DNA of 63,931 nucleotides, filler included, from Bonamia ostreae (GCA_040357525.1; 40 parts of 40 records of this genome joined end to end with filler, not necessarily neighbours in it), one strand, 5' to 3'; positions 12,008 to 24,471 are shown, counted from the whole stretch's first letter. Notes: generated by a model from the sequence alone, not told the origin. Numbers and translations: made by a program.

Positions 12008-13750
12008 CTATATTGATATAAAATGATGTTTATTGATGTTTATATACATGTATAAATAATATTATTCTTAATTCCATTTCTGAAATATAATATTTTATTG
12101 TAAGAAATAGCACATCGTATCGTACAAATACAATTACCATCGAAGCAATTTTTTTATGAACTGCCAATCTATCTGCTTTTAAGTTGGCTATTTTATCACG
12201 ACAAATCTGCTTCTTTGCTGCTTTGTGATATTGTTGTACATAAAGTATTGCTCATCAATAATAACAATAATTAGAAAACTTCTGACAAGAGGAATTTAGG
12301 GAAAATGTATGTCTAGTCTCAAAACACCTTTGACTTCATTTTCAAATCGTGCTTTTACAATATTGTCAAAAAGCTTGTAACGTTGGTGTGCATAGTCTTA
12401 AAAATTCAAAGCTAATAGCGAATACAGATTGTACTTTCTTAAACCTGTCATTATATATGCCTTTCATAAGTTTGATAGGCAATAATGACAAAGCTTACAA
12501 ACATTAGTGTTCTTTTTCATTTGTATGTAAATTAAGACGACCGGCATTTAAACAAATTCTTTTGACCACTCTTTTCGAGATACTGGAAGTACATTGTTAG
12601 TAAGAGGAAAGAAAATTGTTTACATTTCTAGGAATTCCTTATTTTTTGGCATGAAAACGTTTCATGATTTGTACAAGTCTTCAAAGATATGGTTTTTTAA
12701 AAAAAAAATGTTATTCAAATAAAATATTTTATCTGAAACTTATTGATTATTCTAAGTTATCAGACATATCGCCATAACATTTATGAGANNNNNNNNNNNN
12801 NNNNNNNNNNNNNNNNNNNNNNNNNNNNNNNNTTAATTAATTAANNNNNNNNNNNNNNNNNNNNNNNNNNNNNNNNNNNNNNNNNNNNCAACTACATATT
12901 GAATCCGTTGGTTTTGGTTTTCCCCTTTTAGGACATTTTTATTTCCATGTGTGACATTATTTTCCTGTAGGGTGTTTGGTTTCTCAGTCTATCTTTCTGG
13001 AATAATACTTTTCTGATGGTTTCAAATGGTGCATGTATAATAAACAATTGATTTTATTTCATTCGCATTAAATGTACAGGCTTATAGTCAAGGTTAGAAG
13101 ATTTTTTTTTTATTTCGTGATTTTTAGGACTGCATAATTCTTCTCGCACAACAGAAACATGGTCGTAGTGGTTTTGCGGAGGTATTGGAATATGTATATT
13201 TTTTGGATTTGATTTTCTATTAATTAATTTCATGGACGTCGCTAGCTTTTGAAGTTTTTCATTTTTGGGAACATTTCCTGTGGAGTTTTGGGGTACATTG
13301 TTTTCTCGTCCAGCCCCTTAACTTACTATATATACTACATTTATACACGATATCTATAGAGGTACTGAGCACACGAAATACACTTCCTAGATTTTTGTAG
13401 TATTCATGGGAATTTTAGACTCGTTAACTTTAAAAAAAAAGATTATGGGGGATATATTGTCTGCTCATCTAAGGATTCCCACATGTGTATTATTGGCGGT
13501 GCCACTGTTTTTCTAATTTCAGGCAACAATTCATATAAGACCTACAAGAACATCACTTTGCAGCAAATGTTCACAATATTCACACAACGTATGTATTATC
13601 TTTAGCAAATATGTTTTTGCAAATAGATTTCGAATGCATACAAGGTTTATATCATGCATATTTATCTAATTTATATTTTCCTGTGCACATCTTTATGATA
13701 TCCATGCATGGACTTTTTAAATTGATGGCGAATATATTTTATTTTCAAAG

Positions 13751-14241
13751 GGGAAATTGAAATTTCAAGCATGCCATCATAGCATATGCATTTCCTGTCT
13801 TGAGAAGTTCATGTTAGAAACTGACTCGGGTAGACGAGTAACAACATACCTTGGACTTTCAATGGAAATGAGAGAGTGTTTCATGCCGTCTTGTGATAAG
13901 GAAATTCCAACCGTTTGTCTTAAAGCAATGGACATGGCAATACGAGGAGATATAATTGCTGTAAGATATCCATGTCATATTTTCGTATTGATCATTTATG
14001 CATAGTTAATATATTCATGCTACGAGGTACAAATATGCATGTGTGTTTGAATGCATGTGTGTATGTATGTATTAATGTATGTTTGTTTTACACCCACTTT
14101 GAGAATATTACATGTAGAACCACTAACAAATGTAGGTGAATTGGTTCAAGGCGCTTGACCGAGCAGCAACCGCTACACTTACCTATTCAAAGCGCATTCG
14201 GTTTGACATGGTGGTGGGTGATGGCAATGATATTCCACTAC
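13751..14241 (+). CDS. Host RING-like (RBR RING1-type) exons 13751-13960 and 14136-14241
   Basis: CHHSICISC...C-x4-C pattern. AG/GTAAG boundaries in frame. Confidence 0.5.
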
Positions 14242-14663
14242 GTAAAGAAATTATCTTACTCTTAATCGCCTGCATTAGAATATCTATTCAAAATCCTAAT
14301 TTAAGGGGATTCACATTTTTGTTCTCGTGTAAAATATGTACATATGTTAGATATTAAGAGGATGTTTTAGAGAAAAACCTGTAAAATCACTAAAATCNNN
14401 NNNNNNNNNNNNNNNNNNNNNNNNNNNNNNNNNNNNNNNNNTTAATTAATTAANNNNNNNNNNNNNNNNNNNNNNNNNNNNNNNNNNNNNNNNNNNNTTC
14501 TGTAATAAAATTTAATGGCAATATTTGCAATTTTCTGCAACAAAATTTAATGACAAAATTGCAATATTCCGCAATAAAATTTAATGCAGAAAATTTAATA
14601 ACTAAATAAATAATTACATAAAAAACATTCAAACGGCAAAAATTCGTTAACTTGTCGGTTAAC

Positions 14664-15826
14664 AAGTGTTGTTTTAAAAGTAATCTGTCCTTCTTCCCAT
14701 CTTTCTTCTTTCGGAAACCATTTTAAACTTGTCATTATTGTCCCATTGAAAATCGGACGCAAAATCTTTACAAATTTGACGCTTTCCGGGGAAACCAGTT
14801 CCAATCTCATAGCGCACAATTGATCGTTTCTATCTTTTGTCACGTTGAACGCAATGTTATCTCCTTCTTTCGGAAAGTAGTCTTCCTGAAGTCTTTCTGA
14901 AAAATGAAAGAAAAGTTTTGGGTCGTTTCTGTCAGCGCACTTTTTAAATAAATTTTTTTTATAAAAAATTGTTTAAAATAAATTTTGTTATTTTAAAAAT
15001 TGTTTTAAATAAATTTTGTTATTTTAAAAATTGTTTTAAATAAATTTGCTTTTTCCTCAATTTTTTTAAATTTTGTTTTTCTGCGAAAAAATTGTTTTTT
15101 CGTCAATTTTTAAAAATTTCGAAAAATTTAATATTGAAAATTTTTTTTGTAAAAAAAACTTTGATGAACCCGTAAGAACTGTTGATAATCGCCCCAACGA
15201 CACCATATTCTCTGTTTTCTAAAGACGGCTCTTTCAAAACGATCTGTGTCGCCCCTCTTCTGCGAGTCTTTTTATCCACAAACACGGAAATTTCAACTTT
15301 ATCGCCTTTCAAAAGCTTGATCTGTTTGCTCTCCAAATCTCTTCGGCGAAATCTCAACGTTTCTCCGTCTTTTTCTACTCTCAGTTCTCCGCTAAATCGG
15401 GTTCTTCCGTCGCCGATCGAATCTGCCCCGATCTCCTTTGTGACAACGGCTTTCTTGCGTCCTTCATTTTCAAGGAGTTCTTCAAAAATGACGGATCCCG
15501 TTGGAATGGAGCGCACATTGTTTGCGTAAAGACGTCCGTTTTGGCGATCGATATTTACAGAAAAAGCGACATTGTCACCGACGGAGAACATTGGGATTTC
15601 CCCGTTAGAAAGAGTTTCGACACAATTTAAATGAAAAAAGATTTCTTCGGAGCGATTTAACGTCTTTGGTTAAAAATGGTTTGTTGTTTTAGCCAAAAGC
15701 TAAATTTAATGGCAATTTATGAACGCGGATAAAGCCAAAAGTGCTTTTGAGTTTGACAATTTGGCCTTTTTCTCTTCGATCGTTAAATGACCGTTCGGTC
15801 AAAGGTCTTTGGTCGTAGAAGCGCAT
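14664..15826 (-). CDS. CSDE1: Multi-cold-shock-domain protein, CSDE1/UNR-like, 5' part
   Basis: REKGQIVKLKSTFGFIR..EIFFH, VGDNVAF..DR..G...A, GDKVEI...DKKTRRRGAT and YGFIKCADRN..LFFHFSE reproduce the UNR domain order. GTT..AAG introns. Confidence 0.85.
14945..15050. repeat. Intronic ~31 bp tandem repeat in the CSDE1-like gene
   Basis: aaataaattttgttattttaaaaattgtttt x~3. Confidence 0.8.
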
Positions 15827-16393
15827 AAAAGTTGGCTAAATAGGTTCTTAAAAATTTATTGCAAAATAATGTGCAATTTTTGAATTTTGATATGTGATTT
15901 GTTGAAGAAATATTTAGTCAATTTTATAAAGTTTTGGAATATCGCAAATTTGCAAAATTTATTTTTGGGATGAAAAATTTATTTTAAAAATACTGCGCTT
16001 CATAATNNNNNNNNNNNNNNNNNNNNNNNNNNNNNNNNNNNNNNNNNNNNTTAATTAATTAANNNNNNNNNNNNNNNNNNNNNNNNNNNNNNNNNNNNNN
16101 NNNNNNGTTCGCATTTAATTTTGAAAAATTATAATGCATACCACAAAATTGCACTATACGGTTCTAAATGTATGAACTAACTTATGGGACAACATACACA
16201 AAAACACGATAAACTATATTGTGGCGACAAAGTACTGTCATAGAAGCACGGTAAAAAATTCTTAAACCGGCAAAGAAAGCTCATTCGATTGAACAGGTAA
16301 TGAGTATGTAAATAAATTTGTCACGTGTGTATATAGGATATATGAATTTGAGATAGATACAGATTTAAATATTAAATTAGCATGCTTTATTTA

Positions 16394-17394
16394 TTAGAAA
16401 TAGTCTCCAGTACAAATTTTTGATAACTGTTCATATGTACAAAAAAATATTAGCTGCCAAGGCCCTAATCTGTAATATATTGGCAAGAATCCTTTAAAAA
16501 TTCCTCTTACACCTTCTCTTCTGGTAATATATCTTATACATTGAAAAATATTAGTATATTTAGGCTTGCTCATAGACTGAAATTGAATATTCGTTTTGAT
16601 TACATCGAACGGACAAGAAAACAAACTAGCGACAAAACCTTTGAATAAATATATAAACCTGATATGAAACTTGATATGACATGACATAATAGATTGTCAG
16701 CATAGTTTAATTTATTAATTAATAATTGTTTAGAATGCGAATATGTTGATATAGTACATCCAGCTGAGATAGTTGATCTTTGTATAGAAGGCAAGAGACC
16801 GGTCCAAAATTTCAAAATACCATGTCTAAATATTTTAATTAGCGGATCAATAGTTTTTTTGTATCTAGGTTTGAGTAAATGACCGTCTGCTTGTAATCTT
16901 ACTTTAATGACATCGACTGGACATGCAATAAGTTGTGTTAACGCTCCAGATATTGATGCGGATATAATTTTAGGGTAAAGAGGTGTTTGTTTGTTACTAT
17001 TCTCTTGATATTAAATAATTTACCTTTATAAATCATGTTTAAAATAGGTTTATATAGGCTCATCGAAATGCTTGTATTGCTAACAGTTTAATTTAAAAAA
17101 CACAAATGCTCTGAATAATGCGAATCCCGAACCTTTGTAAAATGATGAAACACCTTCTTTCGTAAGCATATTATACTTAAATAAATTAATAAACTGCTGT
17201 ATTTATCATGCCTTTTTGTTTATTTAAATTATTTTCTTTATGGCCAGTTTTGTGGGATTGAATCTGCATACGTATTTTTGTGGTATCGATTGGAACTACA
17301 TATTATAACTTAAACATGTAATTATTTCTGCAGTTATAGACGCAAAGCCTGAGAGCATCATTTTTTGAACTATCGTAATATAGCTATCAGCCAT
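16394..17394 (-). CDS. Mitochondrial carrier, UCP4/UCP5(KMCP1)-like, complete, 299 aa, five 19-22 nt introns
   Basis: Three carrier signatures (PIDTTK, PVDVIK, PFDVIK) and RLGPWQLIFFCTYEQL. Introns 17296-17315, 17176-17194, 17080-17101, 17004-17023 and 16639-16658 give a clean 900-nt CDS. Confidence 0.93.
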
Positions 17395-19807
17395 TTTCCA
17401 ATTTATCCAGGATAAGGTTTAAAAAGTAATTAAAAATATTTAACACATTTGAGAATATAAACCAAATTCCTTTAATATGTATAATAGCCTTAACCCGCTA
17501 ATTGGAAACAATTTTGGTGGATAAATATTAGAAATTTATAGGATAAACTTTCTTTACTCTCTGTTTTAATACTTTGAATAATTACTTTTCTTAATTCAGT
17601 TTTAATTTTTCGTTTNNNNNNNNNNNNNNNNNNNNNNNNNNNNNNNNNNNNNNNNNNNNTTAATTAATTAANNNNNNNNNNNNNNNNNNNNNNNNNNNNN
17701 NNNNNNNNNNNNNNNAGTGCAGGGGGTCGCAAAGATAATGCTGTATAACTTTACAGCAATCATGCCAAAATATGTAAATAACCAACTTTGCGTGTAAAAA
17801 TAATGGACAAATAATGTTTTCAATATAGGAGCCCCCCATCCATGAATCCAAGTGTTTCATGATTGGAATGAGTGTAAATCACATATTAATAATTGTGCGA
17901 TTTTTGGATTAAAAAGAACCCAGTTTTTTATTTATTTTAAAATCTTTTCTCAATGTTCTTTTTGTTTTCGGGAAATCAATTCCCTAACTCGATCAAGAAG
18001 TTCTGTTTTTATTCTTCCATTAAACCATTTCCTTACTCTCTTGTAGGAAATATTTCGACTGTTTAATTTACCAGTTCTCATTTCAGTATCCATACTCAAC
18101 ATAACAACAAAAAACAAGACATTTAAATATGGCGCAGTCTGATTGTGTTACTACCCAATGTTGTCATATGCACACATGTTAGAATACCGGTACGAAGAGA
18201 GATAACTCAAGTTTTCGAAGAGGCTTATTGTTACACCAACATACTAATTGTCAACATCAGAGATCAAATGTTTTGAGAATTATTTATAAATAAGCTGTTA
18301 GTGTCTACGAGATCTAATATGTATATGTATGATCATGAAAAACTTTTTAAAAATATATAAAAACTACTATCTTAATGTCTTGTTGAATACTTTGTTTCCA
18401 TACATCGATGTATTGAAGTAAAGATATCTTGTATTTGTTTCTCTTTTATTTAAATCTGCACTTTGTATTCGTCAAAATAATATAAAAAAAGTGTGTATAG
18501 CTTGATCTAATGTTTTCTCTTTTATTTCATTCAGTCGGTTAAAACAGTCATTCACATATATCAAAGAGCTGTAATATAATATTTAACATAATTTTATTAA
18601 TATTTTTGAGCTCTAAACAACGCAACATTCATCAACGTCTATTGTACGCACATGTGACCTCAAAGCGAAAGTTATAAAAAAAAATGCGTGTTTCGCGAAG
18701 GGTATTTTTCTGCGACTTTTTGAAGCAGGTAAATACTTTGTATGTAGAGTTTCATATTAAGATGTTGACAGTGTGTAAATATTAATCTTGTTCACGAAAT
18801 AGCAAGTATCTAATTTTGTTACAAAATATGTCAAAATGACGTTTTATAAAACATTTTTGTAAGCAAGGTGATTTAAAAGACCATTTTACACTACAAGCAA
18901 GATTCCTTTTTTAAAAACTCAAATATTGAAATCAAGGTAAGATATTTCACCTTTCCTCTCATATTGATAATGAATTTTTAAAATGATATCACTGCTTATT
19001 AATATTAAACTTTAGCAGTGAAGGGTGCATGCACGCAAGTTTACCGTCAACTGTATATATTCCCTTGTTTGGATACTTTCTATTGTTTGGGCTTATCATA
19101 TAAAATAAAGATTACTATTTAAAGCAACGTTCGATCTCTCAATGTATTTTCTTCACGTATATGTTTTGCTTCTTGGTATGTTATTGTTCTTTACGCTCCA
19201 TTCGAGAATGTTTCACTCTTGTANNNNNNNNNNNNNNNNNNNNNNNNNNNNNNNNNNNNNNNNNNNNTTAATTAATTAANNNNNNNNNNNNNNNNNNNNN
19301 NNNNNNNNNNNNNNNNNNNNNNNCCTAGAAACACTTAGGCCTTTTTGGTCTTATATGATAACCGGTAATTTCGACTCTACAACATAGTATGCATTTTATA
19401 TTTAGGTCGAATGACATAACCAAAACACATTGTACATTAATAGATTCATATCTATGAATTTTGTACATTCTTATTTCATCTCTTATTGACTTATTATACA
19501 TGTATCAGAGGGACAAAAGTCAGATACCAATGAAAGAATAACTGATAATAGTATAAGGTAGCATACATGTATTTATTAAAATTGAATGACAAGATAGTAG
19601 AAATAACAATAATAAATCAAACCTGATAACGATTTTCTCTAAAACTCATACTCTAAATTCACTAATGAAATCGATAAAGGTTTTCTTCAGGAGAGTTTGT
19701 AATGATGAAATTGACAAAGTTTTTCTCAAGGAAAATTCGTACCCAGATTTCTTTTTGATAAAATGGCAAAGTTCACCTCCACAGCTTTTGGTTACACCTT
19801 CACCAGG

Positions 19808-19960
19808 AGAACTCGTACCCAGGTCTGACTTCTCCAGAACTGTACCCACAAATTTTTATACGAGTTCTCCAAGGTACGAGTTCCTCAGAAGTCTAAATGT
19901 CTTGGGCCGAAGTGTCTAACTTTTGGGCCGGGATGTCTTGGGCCCAAACGTCTGACTACC
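19808..19960. repeat. Short non-autonomous DNA-transposon-like fragments with internal inverted and direct repeats (host)
   Basis: gaactcgtacc / ggtacgagttc inverted pair, followed by tgtcttgggccg direct repeats. Confidence 0.45.
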
Positions 19961-20931
19961 CATATCAAGTGTAGGGTACAACCTTTTGACGACTCCTCCC
20001 AAACGTACGCACCACTATAGAACAGGTTTGTTTTGAAAATAAAAATAGTGATTTCACACTCACCTATGTTTTGTTACTTTCGCATACAGCCTATGGTGCA
20101 CAATAGGGACAAAATGAAGGAATATGCACAGCAGTTGTGACAAAAATTCCTACATTGCATAGGAGTTTCCTTACATTATGAATATGCATGTTTATTCAGA
20201 CATGATCCACTGAACCAGGACAAGTCCCACAAGAGGTTTAAATATTTTCAAGAACATTAATATGAAATCATCCACATCTTCGCCTTTCATTTAGTGTAAA
20301 TCTATGACTCTTCAGTAACATCTCTACATGAGCAACAAAAATAAAATGGGACGTAAAACAGCATACGAAAAGAGTCTCCCTAGAGACAATGCATTTTATC
20401 CCCAATAATCCAAAGATGCATTACGCCAATTCCATATGTAGATACATGTATCATGATGTAGTTTACATTGCTATTGTGTGCACGTTATAACCCCTGAGGT
20501 TATGGTAATGCTACATATTTTACATGAGAATGAATCTATTTCTCAAAATGAAATAAAAGGACTCCTAGTAAACAATTGATCAAAATAACATTTAAGCATC
20601 CTCATACAGCAAAAATATATGACTGTTCACAGAATGATTTTTGGATTTAGCATTGGGTTAAAATAGGCCTTTAAATAGGAGTTATTTCAAAATCATTCCA
20701 AGAACCACTATATTGCAGTGATTTCCAGTTATGTTCAAGGGCCCTTACATAGTGTAAAATAAATTAAAGGTATTTTTGCCGTTTTATATAGTGTTTAAAT
20801 AGTGTTTTTCGAGGTTGAAAACCAGATCAAANNNNNNNNNNNNNNNNNNNNNNNNNNNNNNNNNNNNNNNNNNNNTTAATTAATTAANNNNNNNNNNNNN
20901 NNNNNNNNNNNNNNNNNNNNNNNNNNNNNNN

Positions 20932-21101
20932 TGCCAGAATACAACGAAGTTTTTCGAGCTAATTTTTGTACATTAAAATTAGACTGTTTTCTGGTTTTAA
21001 TTGTGTCGAGTTTGTAAAGCATCAAATCAGTAACAAAACCAGCAATTCCCCCCGAAATGGCAATGGCTTTATTTATAAAAAATATTACAATAATAATTCA
21101 T
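20932..21101 (-). CDS. Mitochondrial S-adenosylmethionine carrier (SLC25A26/PET8-like), 5' end, absent from the ORF track
   Basis: MNYYS|IAISGGIAGFVTDLMLYKLDTIKTRKQS...LYSG. 22-nt intron 21067-21088. Confidence 0.8.
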
Positions 21102-21277
21102 TCTCAAATAAGCGAATTGCTAATTCTGCTATTTTATATAATATCGATAACAATTTGCAAAATCTAATTTTTTTAATAATGGCTACAATAATTCATTTCT
21201 ATATAATTAATTTTTTTAACAATGAAATTTTGTAAATTCTATTTTTTTCGAGGAAAATTTGCAAATTTATTTAATTT

Positions 21278-21814
21278 TCATTGAATCTCTGAAATTTTGC
21301 TTTCAAAATGGTTCAATCTGTTTTCTAAATATTGTATTTTCGTATTTGAAAACTCTAAAGCTTTTTCTTGATCAACTCTCATAAATGCATTTCCAACCTT
21401 TATCCTAATTTTATTTCAAATCAACTGTTCAATTTTATTTGCAAAATTTTTAAAATCGTCAATTTTTGACAAAAAATCGTTAAATTTAAACATAAATGGA
21501 TCTTCATCTTCCAAACTAATTTCAATTTCATCAATGACGTCGTTCAATAACTTTTTACTTTTCCTCATTGCTTCAATTTTGAAATTGAATTTTTTAATTT
21601 TTTCTTCTTTAACAAATTTGTCAATTATTTTTTCTCTTTGGCTAATTTTCGCCGATATTTTGTTTTTTGGCGAAAAAGAGCAAATTTTTTTGTGGTTTTC
21701 CCAATCGCTTTTTTGGCATTCTCGTGAACAATATTCGACTTTTTTGCAAGCACCGCATTTTTTAAGTTTTTCAGTATTCTTTTTGCATTTATCACAACTT
21801 TTTTTACTGTCCAT
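21278..21814 (-). CDS. zf-MYND plus prefoldin beta (PFDN4-like) fusion protein, 149 aa
   Basis: CDKC..CGAC..YCSRECQKSDWENHKKIC MYND finger. The 87-nt intron 21405-21491 joins EDEDPFM|IKVGNAFMRVDQEKALEF...LENRLNHFESKISEIQ*. Confidence 0.75.
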
Positions 21815-22090
21815 ATTTTAAGCTTTTTTATGTTTGTTTTCAAAATTTTTATTTTATTGTTTTTGTTTATTTTGAAAAATCGAATTTTATGTTTTAACAA
21901 AATTTGAAAAAATTATCTTAAAACAACGCGAAGAAAAAATTTGTTTTCGCTCTTTAAAACGACACAAATAATTGATTTTTCGCTATTTTGGAAACGTTTT
22001 TGCTCTTGAAATTAAATAACGAAATTTTGCACAAAATGAAAATTTTTAAAATAACGAATTAAAATTTAGGCATTTATCAAATTCTGGCGT

Positions 22091-22333
22091 CTATTCAAAT
22101 TTTGTCGATTTGATGTATTTTTGGTAATCTTCGTTTTGATGTGGTTTTGGTCCCAATATATCGACAATTTCATCGTGAGAAAGCGTTTCTCTTTCGATGA
22201 GCTTATCGGCTAAAGCTTTTATTTTGTCTTTTTTGGATATCATTAAGGTTTTTGTCGAGCTAAAAATGGCTTCGACAAGTTTCGAAACTGCCTTGTCTAT
22301 TTTTTCGCCTGTTTTTCTGGAGAATTGAGGTTT
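22091..22333 (-). CDS. m-AAA/FtsH protease (AFG3L2/paraplegin-like), last exon
   Basis: PQFSRKTGEKIDKAVSKLV...KIKALADKLIERETLSHDEIVDILGPKP, peptidase M41 C-terminus. Confidence 0.88.
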   Translation of the reverse strand, partial: KPQFSRKTGEKIDKAVSKLVEAIFSSTKTLMISKKDKIKALADKLIERETLSHDEIVDILGPKPHQNEDYQKYIKSTKFE

Positions 22334-22616
22334 CTGTTTATTGCAAATTTTTTCGAAAATAGAAAATTTGCCGAAAACAAAATTAATAAAAATTACAAAT
22401 TTTCGAAAATGAAAAAAAAATCGCAAATTTGAAAAATANNNNNNNNNNNNNNNNNNNNNNNNNNNNNNNNNNNNNNNNNNNNTTAATTAATTAANNNNNN
22501 NNNNNNNNNNNNNNNNNNNNNNNNNNNNNNNNNNNNNNTCGAACATTAATAACAAAATTTTAATCGTGATTTTGTGCGAATAAATGAAAATTTTTCAATT
22601 TGCAATATTTAAGATT

Positions 22617-23723
22617 TTAATAATATAGAATTTTCTTTTCGCTTTCTATAGAACTCTTGATTTTCTCGATCATTTCCAGTTTATTTTTTTGCTCTTCAAT
22701 ATCACGTTCAATACTTCTTTCTAAATTTTGAAGATTTTCAGTATTGATTGGCTTTTTTGCCTCTTGCCCATCTTCATAAAAGATTATTTCTCCTTGCACT
22801 CTTCCTTCCGTTTGGTCATCGCGCAGTTCTTTTCTTAGCCATCTCGTCATATAAAGACATTCATCAAGATTTTTAAGTTTTCGATCAATATCCATTTTAG
22901 CTGTTTCTGCAGCAAGAAATTTTGTTGAATCATCTAAAATCTGTGATTCTATTAGGTCATTTAAATCTATGTGTTCTTCATTACGATCTTGTCTCTGTTT
23001 CAATTTTTCGTTTAAAGACTTAATTATGTCGTGAATATTTCCCTCTCCCTTTACATTTTTCCTTAAAATTTAAAATTTAAACATTTCGTGCTCATTTTCC
23101 TTAAAATCTCCCTTTTCTTTTAACTTTATTTCTAATTCAACTATCCTTTTGTTAGCAAATCCTAAATTTTCAGTCAACTCTTCTATTTTCCTATCAAGAT
23201 CCCTTTGCTTTGAGGTGTGATTTTTATTGTCTTCACATTTTTTCTTAGATACGTTTTGTAGAATACGTTTCAATAATACAAATTCATTCTCAAGTTCACT
23301 AATTTTCACTGTTTTTTCTCGTGTTTCTTTTTCTAACGTATTAATCTTTTGTTCAAGTTTTTCATTGGTTTGTTTAAGTGTTTCCACGTCTTGAATCAGT
23401 TTTCTCTCAGCAACATCTACCGATTTTATTTGTGTTTCTAATTGTTTGTTTGTATTTTCATACCTTTCTTTTTGTTCTTTTAGTTTTTCTAATCTCGCTA
23501 CTGCTTCGTTCAGTTCAGTTGTTCGTTTCGTTTCAAGTTCGTTTAAAGTTTTATTTTTTTGCTTTTCGAGTTCAAGTTGTTTTGATAATTTTGTATTTTC
23601 ATTTTGTAAGTTATTTGCTAATGACTTTTCGAAATTTTTTGATATTTCTGCTTTTTCATTTTTTATATTTTCTTCAATTGTATTATCCGGTGTGTTGTCT
23701 AATGTACCACTGAAAGTTGCCAT
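22617..23723 (-). CDS. Coiled-coil hypothetical protein, ~361 aa
   Basis: Two in-frame ORFs joined by the 21-nt intron GTTTAAATTTTAAATTTTAAG (23062-23082). E/K heptad pattern. Confidence 0.75.
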
Positions 23724-24471
23724 TTGTATTTTATAATTATTTTTTAATAAACAATAAACCAGATGGTTTATAAATCATTTTGTCGATTTTATACAAAATT
23801 TCTACAACTCTCTTTTAATCCAACGGTTTCTCAAAAATATTGTCGCCGATATGATAATTGAAAAAGAAGAAGCGGAAATATAAGTAACGAATAAATTTTA
23901 TAATCAAATTTGAATAGGACACAGCGAAATTTATAATAAAAAGAAAGATTATCTTTTCTCGATTTTTTTTGTTAAAAAATTTTACAAAAAGAAATTTTAA
24001 ATTTTTAAATCTTTTTATTTTTTCATAAGAAATTTCAATTCTCTTNNNNNNNNNNNNNNNNNNNNNNNNNNNNNNNNNNNNNNNNNNNNTTAATTAATTA
24101 ANNNNNNNNNNNNNNNNNNNNNNNNNNNNNNNNNNNNNNNNNNNNGAAAACGAAGCGTCGACATGGTCACAAAAGATGAAATGAAAAATGGAGAGATTTA
24201 AAAAAATAATTTTTAAAATTTTTGATCAAATCTTTATCGACAAATAATTTTAAAAATTGTAGATTTTTGTTACAAAAATGGTTAATTTAATATTTAAAAA
24301 TTTTTAAAATGTTTATTGTCTCTGTTTTTACAGAAAGATTTTCCGCTTTATTTGAACCCATTTTAACATCAAATTGATGACAAAATCTGAATAAACTTTT
24401 ATTTTCCGTTTTGGACAAAAAAGTCTTCTAAAAAACTTTTCAATAAACTCTCATTCAAAACAAAAAACTTG

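Noticed and set aside
9669-14397. Animal-type domains next to protist genes suggesting horizontal transfer or gene clusters
   Set aside because: They are on separate contigs, and adjacency reflects only length sorting.
15182-15529. Antisense ORFs over real genes (also 1806-2186, 21534-21821, 23446-23736, 42546-42917, 50579-50980, 61363-61641)
   Set aside because: Shadow frames with no independent coding evidence
21239-21280. TGA readthrough extending the prefoldin-like C-terminus
   Set aside because: The downstream peptide KLNKFANFPRKK is not convincingly PFDN4-like, and no recoding signal is evident.
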